Below, piece after piece: positions 15,433 through 24,120 of a stretch of 64,000 nt of DNA. Every line of letters starts with the position of its first letter. Position 1 is the stretch's first letter. The translations under genes and the position numbers were made by a program. The stretch is from the NCBI GenBank assembly GCA_004321905.1, contig SCQF01000012.1, positions 5,411 through 69,410 on the forward strand. The letters are read 5' to 3'. The stretch is from Verrucomicrobiota bacterium. GTDB taxonomy: Bacteria; Verrucomicrobiota; Kiritimatiellia; CAIQIC01. The notes beneath the pieces are model-generated. The model ran no database searches. It worked only from the letters and a program-made list of their open reading frames with translations, and had not been told where the DNA came from.

Positions 15433-17889
15433 TCAGGGCGCAACGATCTCGAAGGGGATCGCCGGTAGCGTGGTCGCCTGAAATCGTTGTTTGTTGTTGG
15501 GTGACTTATTTTTCGCGGAGCTGCCGGAACGTTTCAGGAAAACGGCGACGATCAAGTTGCCTTTTTGGCCGGGTTTGTTTTTCGTCGCATCACTGACCAC
15601 AATGAGATCACTGCCGCCGGAGACGGACACAACTTTTTGGAGGGTGATGCCGTCGGGGGGATCGCTCAGTTCCATCTCCAGTTTCCCGTATGAAATGCTG
15701 GACGGCACGTTCACCTGGATACGCGCCGTACCGCCGGACGGGATTTTGATCGGCAACGCACTGAGCACTTTGGCGGCGGCTTTTTGTTTGAAGTAGCCGC
15801 CCACCGCCACATCCAAGTCTTGGAAAGGAACCAGATGCCGGTAGAAAAAGGCCTGCATCATGTCTTCAGCCGGCACCGCGATATGGGTCACCACCTGGCT
15901 GTTGATCGTCGCCTGACCTTCAAAAACCGGATGAAATACTTCCACCGGCGAGGACGGGGCGACGGTCAGCGTAAGCTTCACTTGGTCTTGGCCGGCGGGT
16001 ATCCCGGTGCCGCTCAACTTGAAGTCTTTTGGCGCATTTTTGAGCGTAATCGCGATCGCGTTGGTGAAGCCGTCGTGACGCACCGCATAGACGGTGAGCG
16101 GCACCGTGCCGCCGATGCGGACATTGATGCTGGACGGAACCAGGCGGAGCGCAAAATCAGGACGCGGCGCGCTGAGGCGCAAGCGGTAGGCAAATTCCGG
16201 GCCACCTTGGTGCTGCGTATCCGCGATCTCCAGATAATACGCGCCATTCGTCGGCAGCGTGGCGCGGAGGTAGGAATCGGCGTGATGCGTTTCAAGACCC
16301 GAACCCTTGTCCTCAAAATCGTCATTGAACGCAATCTGTTTGCCGTTGGCATCGGTCAGCCGGAGTTCGGAATCGAGCGGCGAGTTGAGGCGGCGCGCGA
16401 TGACTTCGGCAATGATCTGGTCGCCGGTTTTGCCTTCGAATGTGAAAAAGTCCCGATCGCCGGGGTGATCAATACGGCCGTTCACGATGATCGGGAGCGT
16501 GACCGCTTGGGCGGTCCGGCGCTGGCCGTTGGATTTTTTCTCAAAGCACTCGGGCAAGGCGTCCACCACAAACGGCGCGAAATTGGATATCCAGTCGTCC
16601 TGGCGCACAGAAACAGGATAGATGCCCGGCGCTTTACTTTGATTGTCGAGCGTCAGCCGATGGCTCGGTAGATTCCAGCCTTTCAACTCGACGGTCGTTG
16701 AGGCGCCGGCAGGGCCGCCGAGGGGAAAGAGACTCGTGATGAAAGGCATTTCGCCGAGGGTGATGCGATAGACGAAATCTTCACGACCACGATAAATGGA
16801 ATCCTTGATTTCGAGCACATAATCGCCATCCGCCGGGATTTCATAATAGAGCACCGGATCAGGATTGAAACGGAAGTCATCGTCATAGGCCACTTCTTTG
16901 CCCGCCGCGTCGTAGAGCGTCAGCGTGGCTTGGAACCATCCGGGCACCGCATCGGCCAGGTAGGGAATCAGCTCGCGTGCGCTGGCGGCGATGACGAGGT
17001 GTGTGCCCTGCTGGGCCGCGAAACGGAAACGATCCACGGTGCCGGGCATGATCTGGCCGTTGACGACGGTGGGTAGCGTGATCTTTGTCTCCGTTTTTTC
17101 TTTGGCGATTTTCGTCTGATAACCAAGTTGGGCTTCCTTGAGCGTCCGTTGTCCCCGAATGGTCTTGATCGCCGGCTTGGTGAATTCCGGCATTTGGCCG
17201 ATCTTGAAGAGTAGTGGATTCGTCAACCCTTGCGGTGTTCCCAAGCGTACCTCGCGGTCGCCCGGCTTGGCGTCCGCGGCCACCGTAACGCGCAGCATGG
17301 CGAGTTCGGAGATCGCCGGGTTCTCCGGCCTTCTGACGCTCGAATACGCTTTCTTGCGTATCTCATAGAGCAGCTTGTCGTCGGCATCCGTCCAGGTGGC
17401 GTGGGCATATTTCTTTTTGATGGCTTCCAGTTCCTGGTCGTCTGTGGCGCTATCGCTCTTGATGGTCTTGGAATTTTTGAAGCTCCGGAACTTTTCCAAG
17501 GCCCGGAAATCGTTCCGTACCACGGCCCGGCGCGCCATCAACTCATCGAGTTGAATGCGCAGGTCATTAAGTTCCTTCTGCGTAATGGGCCGAACAAAGT
17601 CGGTGAGGGTGGCTTGCACGCCGCCGCCCGAGATGAACACATTGGTGATGCCGATCAAAAACTGTCCACCAATGACCACCTCGAACGTGGTGCCTTGGCG
17701 TCCGCCGGCGGGATAGACATAGCCGATGTGCGGCGCGCTTTGCTGCGCCCCCGCGCTGCCGGGAAACAGCAGCGCTGCCGCAAAAACCGTTAGCGCACAC
17801 CAGCGTGCGGCGCCGTTTTCCAAGGCTTGGAAAAAGGTGCGGTTGTGTTTTCCAAGCCTTGGGAACTGCTGTCGAAATAGGGTTCTCAC
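15433..17889 (-). CDS. Large secreted hypothetical protein with pre-peptidase C-terminal (PPC)-like beta-sandwich domains
   Basis: An 818-aa ORF with a hydrophobic signal-like segment (CALTVFAAALLFPGSAGAQQ) and repeated D-x-D-x-Y-x-L-E-I motifs (GDYVLEIKDSIYRGREDFVYRITL; GAYYLEIADTQHQGGPEFAYRLRL). The start is ambiguous because the first 25 codons run through a palindromic-repeat pair. Confidence 0.4.
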   Translation of the reverse strand: MRTLFRQQFPRLGKHNRTFFQALENGAARWCALTVFAAALLFPGSAGAQQSAPHIGYVYPAGGRQGTTFEVVIGGQFLIGITNVFISGGGVQATLTDFVRPITQKELNDLRIQLDELMARRAVVRNDFRALEKFRSFKNSKTIKSDSATDDQELEAIKKKYAHATWTDADDKLLYEIRKKAYSSVRRPENPAISELAMLRVTVAADAKPGDREVRLGTPQGLTNPLLFKIGQMPEFTKPAIKTIRGQRTLKEAQLGYQTKIAKEKTETKITLPTVVNGQIMPGTVDRFRFAAQQGTHLVIAASARELIPYLADAVPGWFQATLTLYDAAGKEVAYDDDFRFNPDPVLYYEIPADGDYVLEIKDSIYRGREDFVYRITLGEMPFITSLFPLGGPAGASTTVELKGWNLPSHRLTLDNQSKAPGIYPVSVRQDDWISNFAPFVVDALPECFEKKSNGQRRTAQAVTLPIIVNGRIDHPGDRDFFTFEGKTGDQIIAEVIARRLNSPLDSELRLTDANGKQIAFNDDFEDKGSGLETHHADSYLRATLPTNGAYYLEIADTQHQGGPEFAYRLRLSAPRPDFALRLVPSSINVRIGGTVPLTVYAVRHDGFTNAIAITLKNAPKDFKLSGTGIPAGQDQVKLTLTVAPSSPVEVFHPVFEGQATINSQVVTHIAVPAEDMMQAFFYRHLVPFQDLDVAVGGYFKQKAAAKVLSALPIKIPSGGTARIQVNVPSSISYGKLEMELSDPPDGITLQKVVSVSGGSDLIVVSDATKNKPGQKGNLIVAVFLKRSGSSAKNKSPNNKQRFQATTLPAIPFEIVAP
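17816..17866. repeat. Paired palindromic units (ttttccaaggcttggaaaa, 13 bp, ttttccaagccttgggaac)
   Basis: Located between the DUF1501 stop (17902) and the start region of the 818-aa ORF. Confidence 0.8.
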
Positions 17890-17901
17890 CGTTTCACCTC
17901 T

Positions 17902-19260
17902 TCACATGATTTCCGTCAGCCGGCCGGCCGAGGCCAGGTTTTCCCCTGTGGCGGGCATCACGCGGACATCCCAACCTTGCGGATGCGGCAGTTTCGCCTC
18001 GGTGTCGATGCCGAGCAGTTCGTACATGCTGCCGATGAGATCGGGCGGATAAATCTGGCGGCCCGTCACTTCTTCGCCGGTTGCGTTGGTGGAGCCCACC
18101 ACCCGTCCGCCCTTGAAGCCGCCGCCGGCGACCACGTGACAGAATGCTTTGCCAAAGTGGTTGCGGCCGCCGTTCCACGGCGGTTCCCACTGCACCCGCG
18201 GTGTCCGGCCGAATTCGCCGCCCCACCACACAATGGTGCTGCCGAGCAAGCCGCTATCCGACAAATCCTGCAACAGCGTTGCCATCGCTTTATCCATGAT
18301 CGGCAAGTTGCGACGCATGGCCTGGAAATTCTCCTTATGCGTGTCCCAGCCTTTGTAATTGATCGTGACATAGGGCACGCCGCGTTCGACCAGCCGCCGC
18401 GCCATCAGGCACGCTTGCCCGAACGTGTTGCGGCCATATTTCTCGCGCAACGCGTCCTTCTCCTGCGCAAGATCAAACACCTTGCCGGCATCGCCCAGAA
18501 TGAGGTCATAGGCTTGGTGTTCGCACTGCTCTGCGGCGGCCAAGCTGGGATCGTTCTTGATGACGACGCCCAACGTATTCAGATTGTGGAGGAGTTCGCG
18601 CCGGGCGCGTTGCCGCTTGTCGGAGATGCCGCGGGCCACGACGCCTTCGACGACAAAGGGCGTTTGGCCCGGATCGCCGCCCGTCGCAAACGGTTTGGCG
18701 CGTGAACCGAGGAAGCCCGATTCGGAAAAACGGCCCTGTAATTCGGTCAACACGATGTAGGGCGGGATCAATCCTTTGTAACCGGCTTCATAGCCTTTGA
18801 AGAGCGAAACCACCGCGCCGACACCCGGATAAACCTGTCCCGTGCCGGGCTTGCGTCCCGTTTGCACTTCGTAGGATGCGGTTTCGTGGCCATTCACGCC
18901 GTGGGTCATGCCGCGGAGAATGGAATACTTGTCGGCCTGCTTGGCCAATTCGGGCAGCAGCTCACAAATGCGGATACCGGGTACGTTGGTGGCAATCGGT
19001 TTGCTCAGCGGTCCGCAGAAATCATTGCCCGCTTCGGGTTTGGGATCGAAGGTGTCGAGATGACACGGGCCGCCCCACATCCAGATTTGGATGACGGCCT
19101 TGGCGGTCGCCGGTCGCACGGCGGCGCGCGCGGGGACGATCAAGCGGTCGGCCAGCAGCAAACCCGCCGTGCCAAGAAACGTGCGCCGCACGGCCTCGCG
19201 CCGTGTGATGGGCCCGCCGCGCAGACTGGCCAGTATTCGCTCGTTCTGATTTGAGTTCAT
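17902..19260 (-). CDS. DUF1501 domain protein (sulfatase-like fold, Tat signal)
   Basis: A Tat motif is present (RRTFLGTAGLLL), along with conserved DUF1501 blocks (WGGEFGRTP). Confidence 0.8.
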   Translation of the reverse strand: MNSNQNERILASLRGGPITRREAVRRTFLGTAGLLLADRLIVPARAAVRPATAKAVIQIWMWGGPCHLDTFDPKPEAGNDFCGPLSKPIATNVPGIRICELLPELAKQADKYSILRGMTHGVNGHETASYEVQTGRKPGTGQVYPGVGAVVSLFKGYEAGYKGLIPPYIVLTELQGRFSESGFLGSRAKPFATGGDPGQTPFVVEGVVARGISDKRQRARRELLHNLNTLGVVIKNDPSLAAAEQCEHQAYDLILGDAGKVFDLAQEKDALREKYGRNTFGQACLMARRLVERGVPYVTINYKGWDTHKENFQAMRRNLPIMDKAMATLLQDLSDSGLLGSTIVWWGGEFGRTPRVQWEPPWNGGRNHFGKAFCHVVAGGGFKGGRVVGSTNATGEEVTGRQIYPPDLIGSMYELLGIDTEAKLPHPQGWDVRVMPATGENLASAGRLTEIM

Positions 19261-19287
19261 GGTGACACCTGCTTTTCCTTCATTAAC

Positions 19288-20877
19288 TCAATGCCGATAG
19301 AGAAACTCCGTGCTGTTGATCAGCGCCCACGCAAGGTCCAGCGCGGTCTCGCGTCCTTTCATGCCACCAGCCATGGAATAGTCCGTGAAAGCCTGCACTT
19401 CCTGTTCGGTCGGATAGCGCGAAAGAATCATCAAATAGAGTCCACCCATCGCCTCGCGTGAGGTGGTCGTGTTACGCAGCAAATATTGAATCTTCGGGCT
19501 TTGCTCGAGCTTGCGTTGGATATGGCTTGAGTTCAGCAAGTGGAGTCGCTGATCGGCGGTAATGCGATTGTTGCGTTCCGACTCCAAGCCAGTATCGCGC
19601 GAGGGGCGCCCAAATTGTTCGAGGAAGGAACTGGAAATGCTGCCATCGGGCAGCTCAACCGAGCGCTGGTCTTCGGGGATGAACGTGAACGGCTCCGGGA
19701 TGGCGCTGCTATATTGCTCCGTCGTGCCGGTGATCTGGTTCAGCGCATCAATCAGCACCTCGGCCTCCAGCCGGCGCAGCGGATATCGCGCGAAGTTGGC
19801 TTCCGCCGCGGGCTTCGAGTCGTTGGGCACCGCGGAAAGTTGATAGGTGCGCGACGTCAGGATCAACCGGTAGATGTGCCGCAAATCCCAATGAGCGGCG
19901 ACCAATTCCTTTTCCAGATACGTCAGTAATTCGGGGTTACTTGGCGGATTATCTGCGCGGATGTCGTCCGGTTCATGAATGATGCCGCGGCCCAGCAGCC
20001 ACGACCAGATGCGGTTGACGATGTTGCGCGCGAACCACGGATTCTGTGGCGAGATCAGCCAGTCGGCGAAAATTTCGCGCGGATCGCGGTCGCCGGAGAA
20101 TTCCGCTGATTTGCCGTCGGGGAACACGGCGGCCTGCGTCACAACGCCTTGCGCATTGGTCTTGAGCGGATCATAAAAGACAATTTCCTCCTTCCACTCT
20201 TGCGTGGATTTGTAGTTGAGTTGCGCGAAAAATCCCGCCAGCCCGGCCAGTTTTTCCGCCGGCCATTTTTCGGCCCGCTCACCCATGAAGGTCAACGCCA
20301 CGGTTTTGGCCAAACCCGGTGGATCCTTGCTCGGCACCGCACGATAAAAATTGACCGGCCCCACGCGGAAATTACTGCCGTTGGCCGTGAGCAGCTCGCG
20401 CGCAAACCGATCGTACGGCCAGTGGTCGCGGATGGCCGCATGAATCCAGTGGTGATAGGCCTGCACGGCGTTTGGCCAAAGATTGATGGGGAACTCCGCC
20501 TTGACCCGTAACAGATCGCACCACTTCATCGTCCAATAATCTGTGAACTCGCTACGCTTCAGCAGGGCGTCAATCAGCGCCTCGCGCTTTTGGGGGTTCT
20601 GGTCTTGAATGAAGGCCTTCGCCTCCTTACCGGTAGGCAGCGTGCCGATCACATCCAGGAAAGCGCGTCGAATAAACACCGCATCCGAACAAACCTTGGC
20701 GGGTTGAATGTCCAACTTTTTCCATTGGGCGAAAACGAGGTGGTCAAGCTCGTTGAGCGGCGTCGGTGCCCGTTGGCTCTCGTACGGATTTGACGGTATG
20801 GCTGGTCGCGCGGGCGGCACCGGTGCCGCCGTTGCGGCGATCCCTGTGAGCACCCCCAGCATCCACACCACCTTCAT
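19288..20877 (-). CDS. DUF1549/DUF1553 domain protein (PSD1-like), partner of DUF1501
   Basis: It has a DUF1549 block (FIRRAFLDVIGTLPTGKEAKAFIQD...WCDLLRV) and a C-terminal DUF1553 block (NPELLTYLEKELVAAHWDLRHIYRLILTSRTY), with a signal peptide at the internal Met (MKVVWMLGVLTGIAATAAP). Confidence 0.8.
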   Translation of the reverse strand: MKVVWMLGVLTGIAATAAPVPPARPAIPSNPYESQRAPTPLNELDHLVFAQWKKLDIQPAKVCSDAVFIRRAFLDVIGTLPTGKEAKAFIQDQNPQKREALIDALLKRSEFTDYWTMKWCDLLRVKAEFPINLWPNAVQAYHHWIHAAIRDHWPYDRFARELLTANGSNFRVGPVNFYRAVPSKDPPGLAKTVALTFMGERAEKWPAEKLAGLAGFFAQLNYKSTQEWKEEIVFYDPLKTNAQGVVTQAAVFPDGKSAEFSGDRDPREIFADWLISPQNPWFARNIVNRIWSWLLGRGIIHEPDDIRADNPPSNPELLTYLEKELVAAHWDLRHIYRLILTSRTYQLSAVPNDSKPAAEANFARYPLRRLEAEVLIDALNQITGTTEQYSSAIPEPFTFIPEDQRSVELPDGSISSSFLEQFGRPSRDTGLESERNNRITADQRLHLLNSSHIQRKLEQSPKIQYLLRNTTTSREAMGGLYLMILSRYPTEQEVQAFTDYSMAGGMKGRETALDLAWALINSTEFLYRH

Positions 20878-21048
20878 GCTGCGCCGTGACGATTGCATAA
20901 AGCTCCCAATTTTTGGGCCAATAAATTTACCGCCATTCATACAACGTGTCATCCGGCCCAAAATTGTAATCCCGCCCATGGAAAAAGTCAGGCGTAGAGC
21001 CAGCCAAAGATCATCACACGCAGCCCCAACCCCAACAGCAGAAAGAAG

Positions 21049-21390
21049 ATGGCGGTGACGATCATGAGCGTGTTGGCACAGTGGATGTGCGCCGCCGGAG
21101 CTGGGGCGCGATCCGCAGATCGAGGTGCCCGGCAGCGCGCCCGAGGCCTGCATCGCACGCGACAAAATTCTCAAGCTGGTCCCCGACGTGGTGCTGCTCG
21201 ACCATCGAAATGCTGCGCATGGATGGCCTCATATTCCTACGCAAGCTGATGCACTATCATCCCGTACCCGTCATTATTGTCTCTTCGCTCACACCACCGG
21301 GCGGCCAGGTCGCACTGGACGTCATCGCTGCCGGTACCGTGGATGTGGTCTGCAAGCCCAGGCCGCAACTGCCATGGGCCAATAGGGCAG
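21049..21390 (+). pseudogene. Decayed CheB/CheY-like receiver-domain gene remnant (frameshifted, truncated)
   Basis: Two frames together read ...DPQIEVPGSAPEACIARDKILKLVPDVVLLD / IEMLRMDGLIFLRKLMHYHPVPVIIVSSLTPPGGQVALDVIAAGTVDVVCKP. This is the conserved REC domain of protein-glutamate methylesterase CheB, split by a frameshift, with no intact N-terminus or methylesterase domain. Confidence 0.4.
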
Positions 21391-21569
21391 AAATGCTGGC
21401 GAACAAAATCAAGGCCGCCGCGCTGGTGAAATTTAGTCGCAACGCCCCTGCGGTCGCCGGTGCGCCCGCCGAAGCGATCCGACTCGGTGCGGCCTGCGAG
21501 GTCGTGCCGCTTCAAAATATTTGCCGAGCGCCTGATCACGCACGCCTGCAACGGCGCAACATGACGCGG

Positions 21570-21620
21570 GTTTCCAAGGCCTGGAAAACATAACCGTCCC
21601 TTTTTCCCAAGGTTGGAAAC
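21570..21620. repeat. Paired degenerate palindromic units (gtttccaaggcctggaaaa, 12 bp, tttttcccaaggttggaaac)
   Basis: Located at the 3' end of the CheB-like remnant. Confidence 0.7.
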
Positions 21621-21637
21621 GGCATGCGCTATATGTC

Positions 21638-21658
21638 TATATGCACACATCTGCATAT
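21638..21658 (+). promoter_or_regulatory. Second copy (21/22 nt identical, opposite orientation) of the arsR operator/promoter: tatgtcT-atatgcacacatctgca-TATGGT
   Basis: tatatgcacacatctgcatat matches the reverse complement of 1271-1292. Its flanks resemble the -35/-10 of the arsR promoter, and it points toward the small ORF at 21774. Confidence 0.45.
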
Positions 21659-21773
21659 GGTTGGAAGGCATCGTGCCCGCCCGTATCCCCCATGGCCAGA
21701 AATTGCGGTTGCCTGCCGCCGTCGCTCCGTGTAGAGTCCGCGCCCGCAAACGACGCGAGTCAGGAGAATTATC

Positions 21774-21971
21774 ATGGGCGACATGTTACGACGAAATAAG
21801 AATCTACGCCGTCCGCGCAAGAGTGGCACCGACCGCCGCCGCCGCGAACAGACGCACCGCCGCCGCCTTTTGGCGCTGGGCGTGCCAGCCGAGCAGTTGC
21901 GGACGATGGATGCCGTACAACTGCGCGCACTGCTCAAAGAGAAGATCAAAGGACACCAGCAGGCCGCTTGA
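21774..21971 (+). CDS. Hypothetical small basic protein (65 aa)
   Basis: The N-terminus is Arg-rich (RRNKNLRRPRKSGTDRRRREQTHRRR), followed by a predicted helix. There is no recognisable family. It sits about 115 bp downstream of the duplicated ArsR-type operator. Confidence 0.3.
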   Translation: MGDMLRRNKNLRRPRKSGTDRRRREQTHRRRLLALGVPAEQLRTMDAVQLRALLKEKIKGHQQAA

Positions 21972-22086
21972 CGACGCGGGGCGGGGCGTATTTCCGGCCT
22001 TGCAAAAGGCGGCGATTGCGCTAGAGTGAGTCCGTTCGACGCGTTGCCCGCCAAGGTGGCGGCGAAAGTTTGATAACGAGGAAATT

Positions 22087-22440
22087 ATGAAGACGATCAT
22101 TCGCTCGGTATGTGTGGTGCTGGCAGTGGCGGCCTTGAGCGGTTGCGGCGTGCCCAAGGAAGAGCACCAGAAGCTCCAAGAAAAATGTGCCGGGCTTGAG
22201 CAACAACTCGGTCGCGCGCAGCAGGACATCCAGGCGCTCCAGAACGCATTGCAGCAGAAGGAAGCCGAAGCGGCGGGTCGCGTTCAGGAAGCCGATCAAC
22301 GTGTACAAGCGATGATGCTGGTGCTGAAGAAAAAGCAGCAGGAATTGGACGCGAAGGGCGGCAAGGCGACGAGCGCCAAAGTCGGCACGACGACCAAGAA
22401 GCCTGCGGCCAAGAGCACGAAGAAACCGGCTGGCCACTAA
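22087..22440 (+). CDS. Lipoprotein with coiled-coil and Lys-rich tail, hypothetical
   Basis: A lipobox is present (VLAVAALSGC) and the coiled coil is Q/E-rich (LQEKCAGLEQQLGRAQQDIQALQNALQQKEAEA). Confidence 0.5.
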   Translation: MKTIIRSVCVVLAVAALSGCGVPKEEHQKLQEKCAGLEQQLGRAQQDIQALQNALQQKEAEAAGRVQEADQRVQAMMLVLKKKQQELDAKGGKATSAKVGTTTKKPAAKSTKKPAGH

Positions 22441-22464
22441 AATAACAGCTAACAAATAGCGGAA

Positions 22465-22505
22465 GGGCGGGTTTTCCAAGGCTTGGAAAGTCCGCCCTTT
22501 CTGTT
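22465..22505 (+). terminator. Rho-independent terminator built around a palindromic unit (GGGCGGg-TTTTCCAAGGCTTGGAAAG-tCCGCCC-TTTCTGTTT)
   Basis: GC-rich outer stem (GGGCGG/CCGCCC) encloses the 19-bp unit and is followed by a T-rich tract, 25 bp after the lipoprotein stop. Confidence 0.5.
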
Positions 22506-22511
22506 TCCGTG

Positions 22512-23171
22512 TTATTCCGTATGTTCCGTGGACAAATCCGCAGGTGTCAATTCGGCAAAGGAACGGATGTAGCGCTCTGCACCAGCCAAGTCCTCCCTCG
22601 TGCGCATGGTCAACACGCCGATCACGCGTATGCCGCCGGCGAGTGCTGCGGCGACGCCGGCGGGCGCGTCCTCGAATACTACGCACTCTGCTGGCGCGCG
22701 ACCAAGCAAGGCCGCGCACTTCAAAAATACTTCCGGGTCCGGTTTGCCGTGCGACACGTCTTCGGCAGTGATCGCACCGGCGAACAAGCCGTGCAATTTC
22801 AAGGCCGCGATGCACGCCTTCACATTGGCGCGTGGCGCAGAAGAGCCAATCGCCGCGGGAATGCCTGCCGCTTGAAGTTGGCGTAGAAAATCAATCACGC
22901 CCGGTATGGCCTCAATGCCGCCGCTTGCGACGCGCTCGCGGAAAATCGTCTCCTTGCGGTGCATCAATCGTCGGATTTCGCCGGCGTCTTGCGTCCAGCG
23001 CAACAGTTCGGTAATGACTTTTTCGTTCTTGAGGCCGAGGCCGCCGAGGCCCGGCACGTTGGGCGGCGGGAAATTTTCTTCCGTCGCGAGTTGCGTCCAA
23101 CTGGCCACGTGCAGCCGCCCGGAATTGACCACGACGCCGTCCCAATCGAAAATGGCACCGATATTTTTCAT
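22512..23171 (-). CDS. HAD-superfamily hydrolase (beta-phosphoglucomutase-like subfamily IA)
   Basis: The HAD motifs are present: motif I (AIFDWDGVVV) and the others (AAIGSS...KPDPEVF...FEDAPAGVAAA). The start is the internal Met 23169-23171. Confidence 0.8.
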   Translation of the reverse strand: MKNIGAIFDWDGVVVNSGRLHVASWTQLATEENFPPPNVPGLGGLGLKNEKVITELLRWTQDAGEIRRLMHRKETIFRERVASGGIEAIPGVIDFLRQLQAAGIPAAIGSSAPRANVKACIAALKLHGLFAGAITAEDVSHGKPDPEVFLKCAALLGRAPAECVVFEDAPAGVAAALAGGIRVIGVLTMRTREDLAGAERYIRSFAELTPADLSTEHTE

Positions 23172-23174
23172 AAG

Positions 23175-23225
23175 TTTTCCAAGGGTTGGAAAAGCGACGG
23201 CGGCCGTTTTCCAAACCCTGGAAAA
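23175..23225. repeat. Paired palindromic units (ttttccaagggttggaaaa, 13 bp, ttttccaaaccctggaaaa)
   Basis: The first unit begins 4 bp upstream of the HAD start codon, and the pair lies 27 bp downstream of the tsf stop. Confidence 0.8.
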
Positions 23226-23251
23226 GGCCGCCGTACGCGTCGCACGGGCGG

Positions 23252-24088
23252 TTACTCCACGCCGACTTGGAAGCGGGTGAAGCGCCGGATCGCGAGCTGA
23301 TCGCCCAACTCCTTGCCTTTCGCAACGAGGAGTTCGGTGATCGTCTGTTCCGGGTCTTTCACGAAGCCCTGTTCGACGAGGCAAACCTGGCTGTAGAATT
23401 TCTCCAGCTTACCGACCACGATCTTCTCGACGATGTTGGCGGGCTTGCCGGTGACCTGCTTCGCATAGATCTCTTTTTCCGAGGCGAGCACCGGCTCCGG
23501 CACGTCTTGGCGCACGAGGTAGTGCGGGTTGCACGCGGCAATGTGCAGCGTGATGTCCTTGACCACTTCCTTGAACGCGGGGTTCGCGGCGGTCGCGGCC
23601 TGGCCGCAACCGACTTCGACGAGCACGCCCACTTTGCCGCCGAGGTGGATATAGCTGGCGACGATGCCTTCGCCCGGCACGTCGTAGCGCACGTTGCGGC
23701 GCACGATGATGTTCTCGCCGATCGAGGCAATCTTGGCGACGACCATGTCTTTCGCGGCTTCGGCCAACGAACCGTGAATGCCTTTGGCGGTCTCCAACAG
23801 TTGCTTGACCAGCTCCTTGAAGCTGTCGTTGCGCGTGACGAAGTCGGTCTCGCAGTTGACTTCGATCATCACGCCGGTCTTGCCGCCGCCTACGATCTCC
23901 GCCGCCACGACACCTTCTTTGGCCAAACGCGAGGCCTTCTTGCCGGCGATGGCCAGTCCGCGCTCACGCAGGATTTTGACGGCCTTTTCTTTGTCGCCAC
24001 TCGCCTCAATCAAGGCCTTCTTGCACTCCATCATGCCGACGTTGGTTTCGTCGCGCAGTTCCTTCACTAATGCTGCACTAATCTCCAT
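23252..24088 (-). CDS. tsf: Translation elongation factor Ts
   Basis: The UBA-like N-terminus (MEISAALVKELRDETNVGMMECKKALIEASGDKEKAVKILRERG) and the dimerisation domain are present. Confidence 0.95.
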   Translation of the reverse strand: MEISAALVKELRDETNVGMMECKKALIEASGDKEKAVKILRERGLAIAGKKASRLAKEGVVAAEIVGGGKTGVMIEVNCETDFVTRNDSFKELVKQLLETAKGIHGSLAEAAKDMVVAKIASIGENIIVRRNVRYDVPGEGIVASYIHLGGKVGVLVEVGCGQAATAANPAFKEVVKDITLHIAACNPHYLVRQDVPEPVLASEKEIYAKQVTGKPANIVEKIVVGKLEKFYSQVCLVEQGFVKDPEQTITELLVAKGKELGDQLAIRRFTRFQVGVE

Positions 24089-24120
24089 GACAACTCCTTC
24101 ACATGCTCCGATTTACTTGC

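Noticed and set aside
21613-22029. A 138-aa ORF (METACAICLYAHICIWLEG…)
   Set aside because: It begins inside the duplicated operator/promoter and has no homology or coding signal. The shorter 65-aa ORF at 21774 in another frame is the more plausible, though still weak, gene.
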